Shown: one piece after another, positions 1 through 9,562 of the stretch
Layout of the letters: every line of letters starts with the position of its first letter
How positions within the stretch are numbered: position 1 is the first letter of the stretch
Assembly (NCBI GenBank): GCA_038064915.1
Contig: JBBTSB010000006.1
Coordinates: forward strand, 4,864-68,863
DNA length: 64,000 nucleotides
Source: Patescibacteria group bacterium
GTDB taxonomy: Bacteria; Patescibacteriota; Minisyncoccia; 2-02-FULL-40-12; IGHO2-01-FULL-4-A
Direction: 5' to 3'
Made by a program: the position numbers and the translations under genes
Notes under the pieces: model-generated
Told to the model about the DNA's origin: nothing
Database searches by the model: none
What the model saw: only the letters and a program-made list of their open reading frames with translations

Positions 1-2
1 CA

Positions 3-863
3 GGATTTAGAAAGGTAGTAATTCTTTCAAATGGCACGACTTCATGGACAGTTCCCAGTGATTGGAATAATTCAGCCAATGTCGTCGAGGTAATTGGCGG
101 TGGTGGCGGTGCGGGAGACGGAGGTGGCGAGGGTACCGGGGGAGCGGGAGGCGGGGCATATGCTAGAAGTGTGAATATTGGACTCACTCGCGGTACCGTT
201 TTGAGTGCCCCAACGAATTTTGATATTGGAGACGCCGGGGTGGGGGGTGCGACGAATAACGCAAGCGGAACTAGTGGCGGTGATACTTGGTTTAATGCCT
301 CAAGTCTTGCGAATTGTGTGACGCTTACCAATACAATATGCGCCGCGGCCGAAGGTGGTAAACTAAGCGCGGGCAACGCTACAACTGCGGGTGCCGGTGG
401 CTTGGGTTCCAATAGTGTCGGGGTTACAACGTTTAATGGTGGCACTGGTGGTATTGGTACTGGCACAGGAGATCTGGGTGGTGGTGGTGGCGGAGGCGCT
501 GGTAAGTGGGGTATTGGAAATACGGGTGGAACTGGTGCCGGTGGCGGCGCCGGAGGGTCGGGTGATGCTGGTTATGGCGGTGCAGGAGGGACAGGGGGGA
601 CAACCAATGGAAACAATGGCGGAAATGGCGCAGAGTGGAGTAACGGTACAACCGCAGGTTCCGGCGGAGGAGGTGAAGGAGGCGCAGATACTGCCGCAGG
701 AGGGAACGGCGGCAACTATGGAGGAGGAGGAGGAGGAGGAGAGGGAAACGATGTGACAGACACCGGAGATGGCATCGGCGGTGTTATTGTCATTACCTAT
801 ATTCCTTCCGGGCATGTGGTACGAGGTGGAGTGAAGGTCCGTGGATTGGTAAGATTTCGATAA
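3..863 (+). CDS. Glycine-rich domain protein, 5'-truncated by window edge (probable surface/fibre protein)
   Basis: Frame is open from position 3 (GFRKVVILSNGTTSWTVPSDWNNSANVVEVIGGGGG...); G-rich repeats; ends GGVIVITY...VRGGVKVRGLVRFR. Confidence 0.75.
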   Translation, partial: GFRKVVILSNGTTSWTVPSDWNNSANVVEVIGGGGGAGDGGGEGTGGAGGGAYARSVNIGLTRGTVLSAPTNFDIGDAGVGGATNNASGTSGGDTWFNASSLANCVTLTNTICAAAEGGKLSAGNATTAGAGGLGSNSVGVTTFNGGTGGIGTGTGDLGGGGGGGAGKWGIGNTGGTGAGGGAGGSGDAGYGGAGGTGGTTNGNNGGNGAEWSNGTTAGSGGGGEGGADTAAGGNGGNYGGGGGGGEGNDVTDTGDGIGGVIVITYIPSGHVVRGGVKVRGLVRFR

Positions 864-1483
864 TGATGAAAAAGTTATTGATCATTTTTGTTGTTTCTGT
901 TGCCACTGTCATTGGATATGTACTAGGCTCAATGCAAGCAGAAGAGCAGATTACGCCGGTGGGTACTACTCCAATGACTTCGATCACTACAGCTCCACAA
1001 ACGGGGGATACGAAGACGTTTGTATTTGACAGTTTTCATGGGAGCGCGGATATCAGTGACAAGTTTCGATTTCAGTATCCCGCGAATTGGTTCAATGATG
1101 GCCAGTATTTTAGCCCACATAAGATACAGTTCTATAATAAGCTTAATGTCAAAGCGCCGATATATTTTGATCTGGTCCAAGCTGATGTTTTTCACCTGAC
1201 GGAACTGCAATATCAAATCGACAATAGCAAAAAACGGAATCCTGATACGACAGGAATACTGGACGGCAAGAAGTTTACCAAATATGATTTGACTGATTAT
1301 GGATCGTATGGAGGTGATAGCGCGGGACGGGTCAAGATATTCGTCGGACCCAAGATTACTATCGATGGCGTTGAGTATGTACTAGTGTTTCATTGGGAGG
1401 AATTGCCGCTGGCAGAATATGTGCAAGGGAACACGGTAGAAGTATTTGATGCTATGATGTTAAGTCTACAGTTTTACCACTAG
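863..1483 (+). CDS. Hypothetical exported/membrane-anchored protein
   Basis: 206-aa ORF with N-terminal hydrophobic anchor (KKLLIIFVVSVATVIGYVLG); overlaps the upstream stop. Confidence 0.7.
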   Translation: MMKKLLIIFVVSVATVIGYVLGSMQAEEQITPVGTTPMTSITTAPQTGDTKTFVFDSFHGSADISDKFRFQYPANWFNDGQYFSPHKIQFYNKLNVKAPIYFDLVQADVFHLTELQYQIDNSKKRNPDTTGILDGKKFTKYDLTDYGSYGGDSAGRVKIFVGPKITIDGVEYVLVFHWEELPLAEYVQGNTVEVFDAMMLSLQFYH

Positions 1484-1491
1484 CTACGGAC

Positions 1492-1869
1492 ATGAAAAAA
1501 ACATTGATTATAAGCGGTTTACTGCTCCTCATCTTGATCCTAGCTGGGATAGGGTACTTCTGGTACCAGCATCGTGACTCATATATTGAAATTTCAAGGA
1601 CAAGTCCAACGCCAATGCCTGGAGGAGAAGATATCCGGGCATTGCTGGAGCGAGTAGGACAACTCATCGTATTGCCGACTGACGAGGAGCCGACGGTTGC
1701 CACCGTTACCGATCCGGACGTGCTGAAGGGTGAAGCATTTTTTGTAAATGCCAATAAGGGAGACAAGGTTATCATTTATGTAAAAGCCAAGCGAGCAATT
1801 CTCTATGATCCTGTACAACACAAGATTGTTGAGGTCGCGCCGTTCAATATGAATCCCACCCCTCAATAG
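1492..1869 (+). CDS. Conserved-type hypothetical membrane-anchored protein
   Basis: N-terminal TM helix; LPTDEEPTVATV...FF...GDKVIIY...AILYDP pattern recalled from CPR hypotheticals. Confidence 0.7.
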   Translation: MKKTLIISGLLLLILILAGIGYFWYQHRDSYIEISRTSPTPMPGGEDIRALLERVGQLIVLPTDEEPTVATVTDPDVLKGEAFFVNANKGDKVIIYVKAKRAILYDPVQHKIVEVAPFNMNPTPQ

Positions 1870-1939
1870 ACGGTATGTCAATATTGCATATGAAGACAAA
1901 ACATAAGAAAATTAATACATAATTCAAGAGCATCGGTTC

Positions 1940-4354
1940 GTGATGCAATATCAGAACGCTATTACATCACTACCTGAGCTTCTATTTCGTATGGAGGAAC
2001 AATACTTGGAAGACGTAGGAAACAGTCAAGCCCGAGACGACGGTGGACAACCATTTCCATTGCGCAAGATACTTCGCTGGATTGTATATACGGCAGCCTT
2101 TTTGGTACCGTTGTTGTTTTTGCCATTTACCTCGGATGTGCTCGACTTCAACAAAGAAGTGCTCATCTATATTCTTGCCGGAGCTGGACTCGTTTTGTTT
2201 CTGGTGGATATGATCAAGGAGGGGACGCTGCGGTACCGTCCGAGTACGTTCACCTGGCCGCTGATCGGATTGCTCGTTGCAGGCATTATTTCCGTGGCCT
2301 TTTCAGTCAATCGGTATACGAGCATCTTTGGAGTAGGAAATAGTCACTCGTTCTCACTCATGAGTTTGCTTTCCCTGGCAGTTTTGTTTTTTCTGGCCTT
2401 GCAAGTCATGGAAGATCGCGGCCGCACTCTACGCAATGTTTTTGTCGGCTCACTATCACTCGCTCTTCTCATTGGCGCTTTTCAAATGCTCGGAATTCAT
2501 ATCTTTTCCGGCGAAGCGTTTAGCAAGTCGAGCTTCAACACGATCGGGTCACTCAATGCCCTTGGATTTCTCGCTGCACTTCTCCTTCCCGTGTTTCTGA
2601 TTTCTCCGGGACGGAGTATGGATTGGCGCACGATACTCCTTCAAATCCTTCGCGGTATTGGATTTGCGTCGGCATTGTTTATCTTGATTGTTTTGAATTG
2701 GACGTATATTTGGATTGTGGCGTTTATCGGTGTTCTCGCCTACATTGCGTTCTCTTCTTCCAGCGAGGTCATTCATCGAAAAATGGCGTTTTTCGCATTT
2801 CCCATGGCCATTATCATTCTTGGCATTCTGCTGATAGTGATCAAATTCAACTGGACTTCCATAAAGGCTGATTTTCCTGTTGAAGTTTCACCCACCCATC
2901 GAATTTCCTACAGCATCGCCGGGGATGCTTTGAAAGCCAGGCCTCTCGGGTACGGACTTGAAAACTTCTCAATAGGATACGATAAACTTCGTCCTGCCGC
3001 ATCGGTCAATAATCTGTTGTTTCAGGCTCGATTCACTGACGCAACATCCGAATTTGCGACCATGGCGGTTGAGGGTGGAATTCCTATGATCGTGGCTTTC
3101 TTGGTGTTTTTGCTTTTTCTGGTAAGGGTGTTGTGGAAAAACATAAAAAATAAATTTGGCGGTGATGCTGACCATGGAAAATTGTGGGCATCGGCATTTG
3201 CTGCGGCTGTGGTTTTCTTCCTGTATCCAATTCCGTTGACCATCCTGTTTGTCTTTTTGTTCCTCATCGCACTTGGAGAACTGTCTTCGAGTAACGATGC
3301 ATCGTCTGAAAAGGTATTCAACCTTGAAGATCGCAGTGTGTATTCGCTGTTGGGCTCGGTAGGATTCATCGTCGGATTGGTTGCCGTTCTTGCGGGTGGG
3401 TATTTCATGGTAAATAAGTATATCGCAAATGTGCAGGTGGCTCATGCCTCGCGGGCCAGCAATGCCAATGATGCTATTGCCAGCCTGGTGGAAAGTATCA
3501 ACAGTTACCCGCATGATGCACGAAGCTACCGTATTCTTTCCCAAGTGCTGATTACACAGATCGCCGATGATCTCAAAAAGGGTCCTGTTGGTGTTTCTCA
3601 AGCTGAATTCAATTCTCAACTCCAAAATCATATTGCTTCCGTCATCAACGTGGCGGTGCGTGGGACGGAAGTGGATCCGTCGGATTCTGAAAATTGGATG
3701 AATCGAGGCTTTATCTATCAGAATCTTATTACTCTCGTCAATGGTTCTGATGAAGCGGCAATTAATATGTACAATGAAACACTTGCTCGGAGCCCGGCAA
3801 ATGCTCTTGCGCGCGTGCGCATTGGCAATATTCACTTGACGCTCGCTGACACGGCTCGCAAAAACAACAATCGAGAGGCGATCGAGACTCATTTGAAAGC
3901 GGCTGAAGATGAATACAAGGCGGCAATCGGACTCTACAACAACTACGGACAGGCGCTCTACAATCTGGCCGCTGTTTACGATCGAAAAGGGGAATTACCC
4001 CAGGCCATCAAGCAGTTTGAGCGCCTTCAAGCGACGAGCCCTCGGGATCCCAGTATTCTGTTTCAGCTTGGTCTTTTGTACTACCGCAACAATCAAAAAG
4101 ATGCCGCGCTTCGCGCGTGGGAACAGGCTGTGCTTTCGTTCCCGAATTATTCCAACGCTCGCTGGTACCTATCACTCATTTACGAAGAGCGAGGAGACTT
4201 GAAGAGAGCGTTGGCCGAAGTTGAGGCGATTGAAAAGCTAAATCCCGACAATGAGCTGGTCATTGAACGTTTGGAAGTTCTCAATGCCGGCCTCAGGCAG
4301 ATTATTCCTCCGGAGGATGTCTTAGATCAGACTCCGCTGAACAATGAGCAGTAA
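1940..4354 (+). CDS. Polytopic membrane protein, O-antigen ligase/oligosaccharyltransferase-like, with C-terminal TPR repeats
   Basis: Many TM helices, TIGSLNALG and PLGYGLENF periplasmic-loop motifs, TPR helices (ALYNLAAVY, LFQLGLLYY, ARWYLSLIY); true start may be a downstream ATG. Confidence 0.75.
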   Translation: MMQYQNAITSLPELLFRMEEQYLEDVGNSQARDDGGQPFPLRKILRWIVYTAAFLVPLLFLPFTSDVLDFNKEVLIYILAGAGLVLFLVDMIKEGTLRYRPSTFTWPLIGLLVAGIISVAFSVNRYTSIFGVGNSHSFSLMSLLSLAVLFFLALQVMEDRGRTLRNVFVGSLSLALLIGAFQMLGIHIFSGEAFSKSSFNTIGSLNALGFLAALLLPVFLISPGRSMDWRTILLQILRGIGFASALFILIVLNWTYIWIVAFIGVLAYIAFSSSSEVIHRKMAFFAFPMAIIILGILLIVIKFNWTSIKADFPVEVSPTHRISYSIAGDALKARPLGYGLENFSIGYDKLRPAASVNNLLFQARFTDATSEFATMAVEGGIPMIVAFLVFLLFLVRVLWKNIKNKFGGDADHGKLWASAFAAAVVFFLYPIPLTILFVFLFLIALGELSSSNDASSEKVFNLEDRSVYSLLGSVGFIVGLVAVLAGGYFMVNKYIANVQVAHASRASNANDAIASLVESINSYPHDARSYRILSQVLITQIADDLKKGPVGVSQAEFNSQLQNHIASVINVAVRGTEVDPSDSENWMNRGFIYQNLITLVNGSDEAAINMYNETLARSPANALARVRIGNIHLTLADTARKNNNREAIETHLKAAEDEYKAAIGLYNNYGQALYNLAAVYDRKGELPQAIKQFERLQATSPRDPSILFQLGLLYYRNNQKDAALRAWEQAVLSFPNYSNARWYLSLIYEERGDLKRALAEVEAIEKLNPDNELVIERLEVLNAGLRQIIPPEDVLDQTPLNNEQ

Positions 4355-5084
4355 GTATTGGAACGTCGTACCGATTGCCGTGCTAGTACTGATGGGAGCT
4401 TATTACATCCGCTATCACCCGAGTTTTGTCTTCATTCCCAACGATGTTCAGGTTGTCATCCCGGAAGGGACCAATATCGCTGACATTGATCGTCTCATTT
4501 CCGAAGCAGGAGTGTGGCCGCAAGGCACACTCCTGAAATCGGAGTATCTCTCTCTTGAAGGTACGCTGTTCCCCGATACGTACAGGTTTGATCGTGGAAG
4601 CACCGCGGAGGATGTTATTACTCGTATGCAAGCGGTGAAACCGCTGAATTCCGGACTTAGCGGTTTCACCGCTAAGTCACTGATCATCGCTTCCATGCTG
4701 GAGAAAGAAGTGCAAATCGAATCTGACATGCGTATTGTCACTGGTATCATAGAAAAACGCCTGGCGGCCGGTATGCCTTTGCAACTAGATGCTACCGTTG
4801 CCTACGGTGCCTGTCTACCGAGGTTTAACCTTGGTGAATACTGCGACGTGAGCCAAGTCAATCTTGTTGATAACATCAAGCGTGATTCAGCATATAATAC
4901 GTATACGAGGCGGGGACTGCCTGTCGGGCCGATTTCCAACCCCGGGCTGAAAGCCCTGCGTGCCGCAGAAAACCCGCACGTGAGCGATTACTGGTATTAC
5001 TTGAGTAAGCCGGACGGAACCACGGTGTTTTCAAGAACCCTAGAGGAACATAACACAGCAAAATGGCGTTTCTTCCCACGATAG
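4344..5084 (+). CDS. mltG: Endolytic transglycosylase MltG (shortened)
   Basis: LEGTLFPDTY, IIASMLEKE, GMPLQLDAT, SAYNTY...GLPVGPISNPG motifs. Confidence 0.9.
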   Translation: MSSKYWNVVPIAVLVLMGAYYIRYHPSFVFIPNDVQVVIPEGTNIADIDRLISEAGVWPQGTLLKSEYLSLEGTLFPDTYRFDRGSTAEDVITRMQAVKPLNSGLSGFTAKSLIIASMLEKEVQIESDMRIVTGIIEKRLAAGMPLQLDATVAYGACLPRFNLGEYCDVSQVNLVDNIKRDSAYNTYTRRGLPVGPISNPGLKALRAAENPHVSDYWYYLSKPDGTTVFSRTLEEHNTAKWRFFPR

Positions 5085-5431
5085 AACCAGGACAAAATTT
5101 AGGCGAGTTCATCGCCGGTGTTTATAATCTTGCCATCGGTCTCGTGGGTCTTGCGGTATTTATCCAATTTATTCGAGCGGGTCTTACCTACTTGCTTGCC
5201 GCCGGCAATGCCGCCGAAGTCAACAAAGGCCGTGACATGATGCAAAACGCCATCCTCGGCGCGATCCTACTTCTCTCGTCATATCTGATTCTTAACGTCA
5301 TCAATCCTGATTTGGTGAATGTGAATTTGTTCAATCTTAATGAAATCAAACAGCAAATCCGAGGCACGCCAACAACGAGCAAAGCACCGAGCACGACATT
5401 TAATCCGGGAAATCAACCACCGCCCAATTGA
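5063..5431 (+). CDS. Pilin-like protein (TrbC/VirB2-like, CPR type)
   Basis: Two hydrophobic helices with AG..Y..AAGN...KG...NAILG...SYLILNVINPDL pattern. Confidence 0.7.
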   Translation: MAFLPTIEPGQNLGEFIAGVYNLAIGLVGLAVFIQFIRAGLTYLLAAGNAAEVNKGRDMMQNAILGAILLLSSYLILNVINPDLVNVNLFNLNEIKQQIRGTPTTSKAPSTTFNPGNQPPPN

Positions 5432-5461
5432 CGGACGTCTATATCTCTGCTAATATTCAAT

Positions 5462-5510
5462 TACCGTAGACAGAGAGCAGCCAATAGGCAGAAGTCTCTC
5501 CGAGGGTCGA
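5462..5510 (+). promoter_or_regulatory. Putative L10 leader (autogenous control RNA of rplJ-rplL)
   Basis: ACCGTAGACAG...CTCCGAGG sequence with internal stem directly upstream of rplJ. Confidence 0.55.
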
Positions 5511-5543
5511 TCACGGCCACAAGCCGTTTTTAGTTAGAAAAAT

Positions 5544-6014
5544 ATGAAAACAAAGGCTCAAAAACAAGACAGTCTTAAAGAAATCAAAGAAAAAGTGGCT
5601 CGTGCCAAGGTCACTATTTTTACTTCGTTTGCTCAAGCTGGAAGTAAAGGGCTGAACGTTTCCGGCATGAAAGAGCTCCGCAATAGTCTCCGTCCGCTTG
5701 ATGCTGAATACTCGGTTGAGAAAAAAACGATTTTTAGTCGTATTATTGAGCAAGAAATTCCCGGTTCTCTGGGCGTGACGTATGGCTACGGCGATCCGTA
5801 TGCTGTCGCGAAGGCGCTGTATCAATTTGCGAAGAAAAATCCCATCATGCAGCTTTTTGGAGGGCGGATGGGTGATACCGTACTTGACGAAGCAATGGTA
5901 AAAGAAATGGCATTGATGCCAAGCAAAGAAGTATTAATCGGTCGTCTCGTGGGCATGCTGTCGTATCCCATGAGAAGCTTAGCAGTCGTATTAAGTCAAA
6001 TAAAACATGAATAA
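5544..6014 (+). CDS. rplJ: 50S ribosomal protein L10
   Basis: MKTKAQK...[15 protein letters not shown]...KKT...LALMPSKE-like pattern; precedes rplL. Confidence 0.93.
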   Translation: MKTKAQKQDSLKEIKEKVARAKVTIFTSFAQAGSKGLNVSGMKELRNSLRPLDAEYSVEKKTIFSRIIEQEIPGSLGVTYGYGDPYAVAKALYQFAKKNPIMQLFGGRMGDTVLDEAMVKEMALMPSKEVLIGRLVGMLSYPMRSLAVVLSQIKHE

Positions 6015-6378
6015 AGATGAATTTATCAAGCAAGTAGAAACTATGTCAGTTGCAGAACTGAATGAATTAGTGAAGGCGTTGGAAGAGAAGTTTGGCGTTT
6101 CCGCCGCTGCGATGTCAGCCGCACCCGCCTCCGCTGAAGCTTCGGCGGGCGAAGCCGCAGAAGCGAAAGATAGCTTCAATGTGTTGCTGAAGACCGCCGG
6201 TGACCAAAAGATCGCTGTCATCAAAGTTGTTCGTGAAGCAACTGGTAAGGGTTTGAAAGAATCCAAAGATCTTGTTGATGGCGCACCGAAGATGGTGAAG
6301 GAAGGCCTCAAGAAAGCAGAAGCGGATGAATTGAAAGCAAAGTTGGAAGCTGCGGGGGCTACAGTGGAATTGCAGTAA
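6007..6378 (+). CDS. rplL: 50S ribosomal protein L7/L12
   Basis: [51 protein letters not shown]. Confidence 0.98.
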   Translation: MNKDEFIKQVETMSVAELNELVKALEEKFGVSAAAMSAAPASAEASAGEAAEAKDSFNVLLKTAGDQKIAVIKVVREATGKGLKESKDLVDGAPKMVKEGLKKAEADELKAKLEAAGATVELQ

Positions 6379-6396
6379 GAGGAGTTACTAATATGC

Positions 6397-6429
6397 AAAA
6401 ACAACCCACGATTGGGTTGTTTTTGTTTT
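6397..6429 (+). terminator. Intrinsic terminator after rplL
   Basis: AAAAACAACCC-acgatt-GGGTTGTTTTT hairpin plus T tract. Confidence 0.8.
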
Positions 6430-6443
6430 CCACAACTACACCG

Positions 6444-6478
6444 TTCTGACTATTACACGATCGTGGTACAATCAGAAC
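6444..6478. repeat. 35-bp palindromic direct repeat, copy 1 (contains extended -10 TGGTACAAT)
   Basis: TTCTGACTATTACACGATCGTGGTACAATCAGAAC; 29/35 identical to 7004..7038. Confidence 0.85.
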
Positions 6479-7000
6479 ATGGGTGGATATCCAAGTTATG
6501 GGATTCTCAACGAACTGGCAGAGATGCTCTCGTATAAGCCCCTAAAAACTATTTTACGGGATTTGCTTTTCGATAAGGTTTCACAGCGCGATGGCATCAA
6601 TAAAACAACGTTCGCGCGCAAAATGTATGATCTACAAAAGGGAAACTTTGTCACTATTAAGGGAGATCAAGTCACGGTTACGAAGAAAGGGTGGCAGCGT
6701 ATTGATTTAGAACGGATTGATAAGCTTCAATGGGATGATAAAAAACAAGATGGGTTCTTCCGTTTGATCATTTTCGATATACCAGAAAAACGCCGCAGAG
6801 CGAGAGATATATTACGTGAAAAGCTTCGAGAATTTGAGTGCCATCAAATCCAGAAAAGCGTTTTTGTGACACCCTACCGCTGTGAAGAGGTGATGAATGA
6901 GCTGGTCAAATTGTTACACGTTGAACGACATGTTCATATCATAAAAGCGGTCCACCTTGGACACGACGATGCGAAAGTTCGAAAACATTTTCGTAAGTAA
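6479..7000 (+). CDS. PaaX-like wHTH plus Cas2-like domain protein (solo, no cas operon)
   Basis: wHTH-like N-half (TFARKMYDLQKGNFV...VTKKG); DGFFRLIIFDIPEKRRRARDILREKL...IQKSVF motif. Confidence 0.8.
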   Translation: MGGYPSYGILNELAEMLSYKPLKTILRDLLFDKVSQRDGINKTTFARKMYDLQKGNFVTIKGDQVTVTKKGWQRIDLERIDKLQWDDKKQDGFFRLIIFDIPEKRRRARDILREKLREFECHQIQKSVFVTPYRCEEVMNELVKLLHVERHVHIIKAVHLGHDDAKVRKHFRK

Positions 7001-7003
7001 TTA

Positions 7004-7038
7004 TTCTGACTATTAAACGATCGTTGTGTGGTCAGAAC
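7004..7038. repeat. 35-bp palindromic direct repeat, copy 2
   Basis: TTCTGACTATTAAACGATCGTTGTGTGGTCAGAAC; overlaps the stop of the convergent gene. Confidence 0.85.
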
Positions 7039-8804
7039 GAGAGTTGCCAGACTTTATAGTCTTTGGAGAGCAACCAAATACTACCGTCAGCAGAGACGGT
7101 AATGTCTTTGAGTTCGCCGATGTTATCGAGCTTGTAGGTGGTCTGGAGGGAGCCGTTGGTTTTGTCCAGGGCGTAGAGGCGTTTCGTGACGGGATTGGCA
7201 AGATAGATCAGTGTCGCATCTTTTGAGGTCACGATTTGGTTCTGTTCATTGACCGGAAGGCTGGGGTCAAATTCTGACTCTTTTTTTCCTTTGAAATATG
7301 TTTCCACTTTTCCACCGTTGGTCAATACGAAAAGGTTGCCGTCAACGGCGATAGACTGTGCCACGCCTTCAGGAGTTCCCCAATCGGAACGCTTTGTGCC
7401 ACCAGCCAACGCATCCGCATATTTATACAAGTTGTTACCCGCGAGTGTATACAAATTTCCTTCGTACAAGGTGGCATCCGTTGCAGTGACGGGATCTTGC
7501 AATGTGTACGTTTTGTCTTTGACCGTTAATACTTCGGATCTATTGTACACCACCGAAGGTGTGTTGTTTTCGAATGCCAGTACTATACCTGTAGCTTCTG
7601 CAGTGCCTACTTCTTTTGGCACGAGAGAACTGACGTGGTCAACGCTATCCATAGATTTTTCAAGTTCTTTTCTTAGTTCCGAGATTTTCTCGCTTTCGAA
7701 GGGCTGAATTTGAGCCAGTGTTTGTTGGATGAGCGAGCGAGCTTCCTGGGTGTCATTTTGAGCCAGCTTCGCATGGATAGACTTGAGATTTTCAGCTCCG
7801 TTAGCATAGGCCGCCTTGAGACCCTTCGCATCACCACCTGATCGTATCAGGACAATGCTAAGCAGGGGGATAAAAACCACGAGGGCAATGATGATAAATC
7901 CCTTGAATCGTGAGTGAATCGGCAGACGATCCATACTTTTAAGTTTACCAGCAACATTGGAAAGTGAGCTGATAACATTACCTTTTTTAGAGACAGAAAG
8001 CTCAGCAGCGATAACACGCGGCTTCTCAGAAACTTGAGCTGTGCGACCGCCTGATACGGAATCAGCGGTCGGACCGCCGGGTTGTGATGCCAGCGTTGCT
8101 GTCGCAGGTACATCCAAGGGAATTTCTTTGATTTGCTCAATCGCAATATGAACGCCGCAACAAGTAAAGGTATCAAGATGTTCCGCCAATTGGGAGATTT
8201 TTTCCAAAAACTGTTCCTGGGGTTCTTTCACGAGCATCGTTTGCAGCATTTTTTCACGAGAGGTGATGGGGCGAGCGGGGTAGTAAGCAAATAGTTTATC
8301 ACCCGGCTGGAGTTTTCCCGAGATAATGTTAGAAAACTGTTGTTCGTCTTCGGCAGATTTCTGGAAGAGGGCAATGTTATTGAGAACGTCTATGTGTTCC
8401 CCATTTCTGGCAAGACCGACCTTGAATTTTCCCAATTTTGAAATATAGAGTTGATCTCCGGCGATTGCAGCAAGACCCAGGTTGAGAGCAAAAGATTTGT
8501 TTTTAAAAAAATCCTGAAGGATTTCATTGAGTTTTTTCAGGGTGCCTTCAAACGATTTTTTGGGATCTTGGCTTTTGAGTGCCTGCTCGGAATAGTATTC
8601 GCGCTTTGCTAGCGATGAAACCAGACTGATCACATACCCAAGATCTTCCTCGTCGTATTTTACGTGCCCAATGAGGTATAGTGAGCCAAGAGTTTTTTCC
8701 TGCGTGGTGGTCCCGGAATACGAAAGAACATCAACATGGGTATTGACTTCATCGGTCTTATAGAGTAATTCTTTAACGACGGGTTTGAGAGTGATTTTTT
8801 CCAT
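7032..8804 (-). CDS. Hypothetical single-pass membrane protein (degenerate PP2C-like N-domain, C-terminal beta-propeller-like)
   Basis: 590 aa; FSNIISGKLQPGD; central TM; SIAVDGNLFVLT-type repeats. Confidence 0.7.
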   Translation of the reverse strand: MEKITLKPVVKELLYKTDEVNTHVDVLSYSGTTTQEKTLGSLYLIGHVKYDEEDLGYVISLVSSLAKREYYSEQALKSQDPKKSFEGTLKKLNEILQDFFKNKSFALNLGLAAIAGDQLYISKLGKFKVGLARNGEHIDVLNNIALFQKSAEDEQQFSNIISGKLQPGDKLFAYYPARPITSREKMLQTMLVKEPQEQFLEKISQLAEHLDTFTCCGVHIAIEQIKEIPLDVPATATLASQPGGPTADSVSGGRTAQVSEKPRVIAAELSVSKKGNVISSLSNVAGKLKSMDRLPIHSRFKGFIIIALVVFIPLLSIVLIRSGGDAKGLKAAYANGAENLKSIHAKLAQNDTQEARSLIQQTLAQIQPFESEKISELRKELEKSMDSVDHVSSLVPKEVGTAEATGIVLAFENNTPSVVYNRSEVLTVKDKTYTLQDPVTATDATLYEGNLYTLAGNNLYKYADALAGGTKRSDWGTPEGVAQSIAVDGNLFVLTNGGKVETYFKGKKESEFDPSLPVNEQNQIVTSKDATLIYLANPVTKRLYALDKTNGSLQTTYKLDNIGELKDITVSADGSIWLLSKDYKVWQLSF

Positions 8805-8837
8805 TCGATAACCTCATTGTAGGTTTATTCTATCCAC

Positions 8838-9413
8838 ATGTCAAAACAGAGTCTAGAAGTGCTTTTTGAATCAAGAACACGGCTAAAAATCCTCAAATTT
8901 TTATTTCGAAATTTTCCCAAGTCGTACTCTTCTCGAGAAATTGTCGCGCACACGCAGGAAGATACGTCCGCAGTTCGGAAAGAATTGAAGCGTTTGATGG
9001 AAATAGGTCTGATCGAAAACAAAAAGACCGTCTATGGAATCAGCCCCGAATTCGAATATTTTACCGAGCTTCGTGATCTCATCATCAAATCTTCGCCTTC
9101 TGAAAAACGGGACCTCATTGAACGAATTCATAAACTTGGTAAAATCAGAGTGGCGATCATTTCGGGAATTTTCTTGGATAAAGAACTGAACGATCCGCTC
9201 GCTGTGGATTTATTTCTTGTGCATGACTATCTGGACAAGCGCAAGCTGACGCTATTTCTCAAGGCGATAGAGTCCGAGATTGGTACTGAAGTGCGATTTG
9301 CGGCGATGGATAAAGAAGAGTTCAAATATCGGCTCGCGATGTTTGACCGATTTGTCCGGGTCCTGCTAGAAGGTCCTCACGAAAAGCTGATAAATAAATT
9401 AGGGATTGAATAA
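8838..9413 (+). CDS. wHTH transcriptional regulator with degenerate nucleotidyltransferase-like C-domain
   Basis: LFESRTRLKILKFL...REI...AVRKELKRLMEIGLI; ISGIF...VDLFLV. Confidence 0.75.
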   Translation: MSKQSLEVLFESRTRLKILKFLFRNFPKSYSSREIVAHTQEDTSAVRKELKRLMEIGLIENKKTVYGISPEFEYFTELRDLIIKSSPSEKRDLIERIHKLGKIRVAIISGIFLDKELNDPLAVDLFLVHDYLDKRKLTLFLKAIESEIGTEVRFAAMDKEEFKYRLAMFDRFVRVLLEGPHEKLINKLGIE

Positions 9414-9422
9414 CGAAAATTT

Positions 9423-9497
9423 GGGCGCTTAGCTCAGCGGCAGAGCACTGTCCTCACACGACAGGGGCCACTGGTTCGATCCCAGTAGCGCCCACCA
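9423..9497 (+). tRNA. tRNA-Val(CAC)
   Basis: GGGCGCT acceptor stem; CTGTC-CT-CAC-AC-GACAG anticodon arm; GGTTCGATCC; encoded CCA. Confidence 0.95.
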
Positions 9498-9562
9498 AAC
9501 TACGAGGCCCCGGCGCTGTGAAGCGTCCGGGGCCCGCACGTTGTGCGTGGGAACTGGCCCTC

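Noticed and set aside
720-742. (GGA)n microsatellite as a phase-variation tract
   Set aside because: In-frame poly-Gly codons within a glycine-rich protein.
2969-3892. Long antisense ORFs (also 25437..25997, 27335..27904, 48885..49412 and others)
   Set aside because: Shadow frames opposite well-supported genes, with no motifs.
6444-7038. CRISPR array plus cas2
   Set aside because: Only two repeats, separated by a 525-bp gene-containing segment; no cas1 or effector genes.
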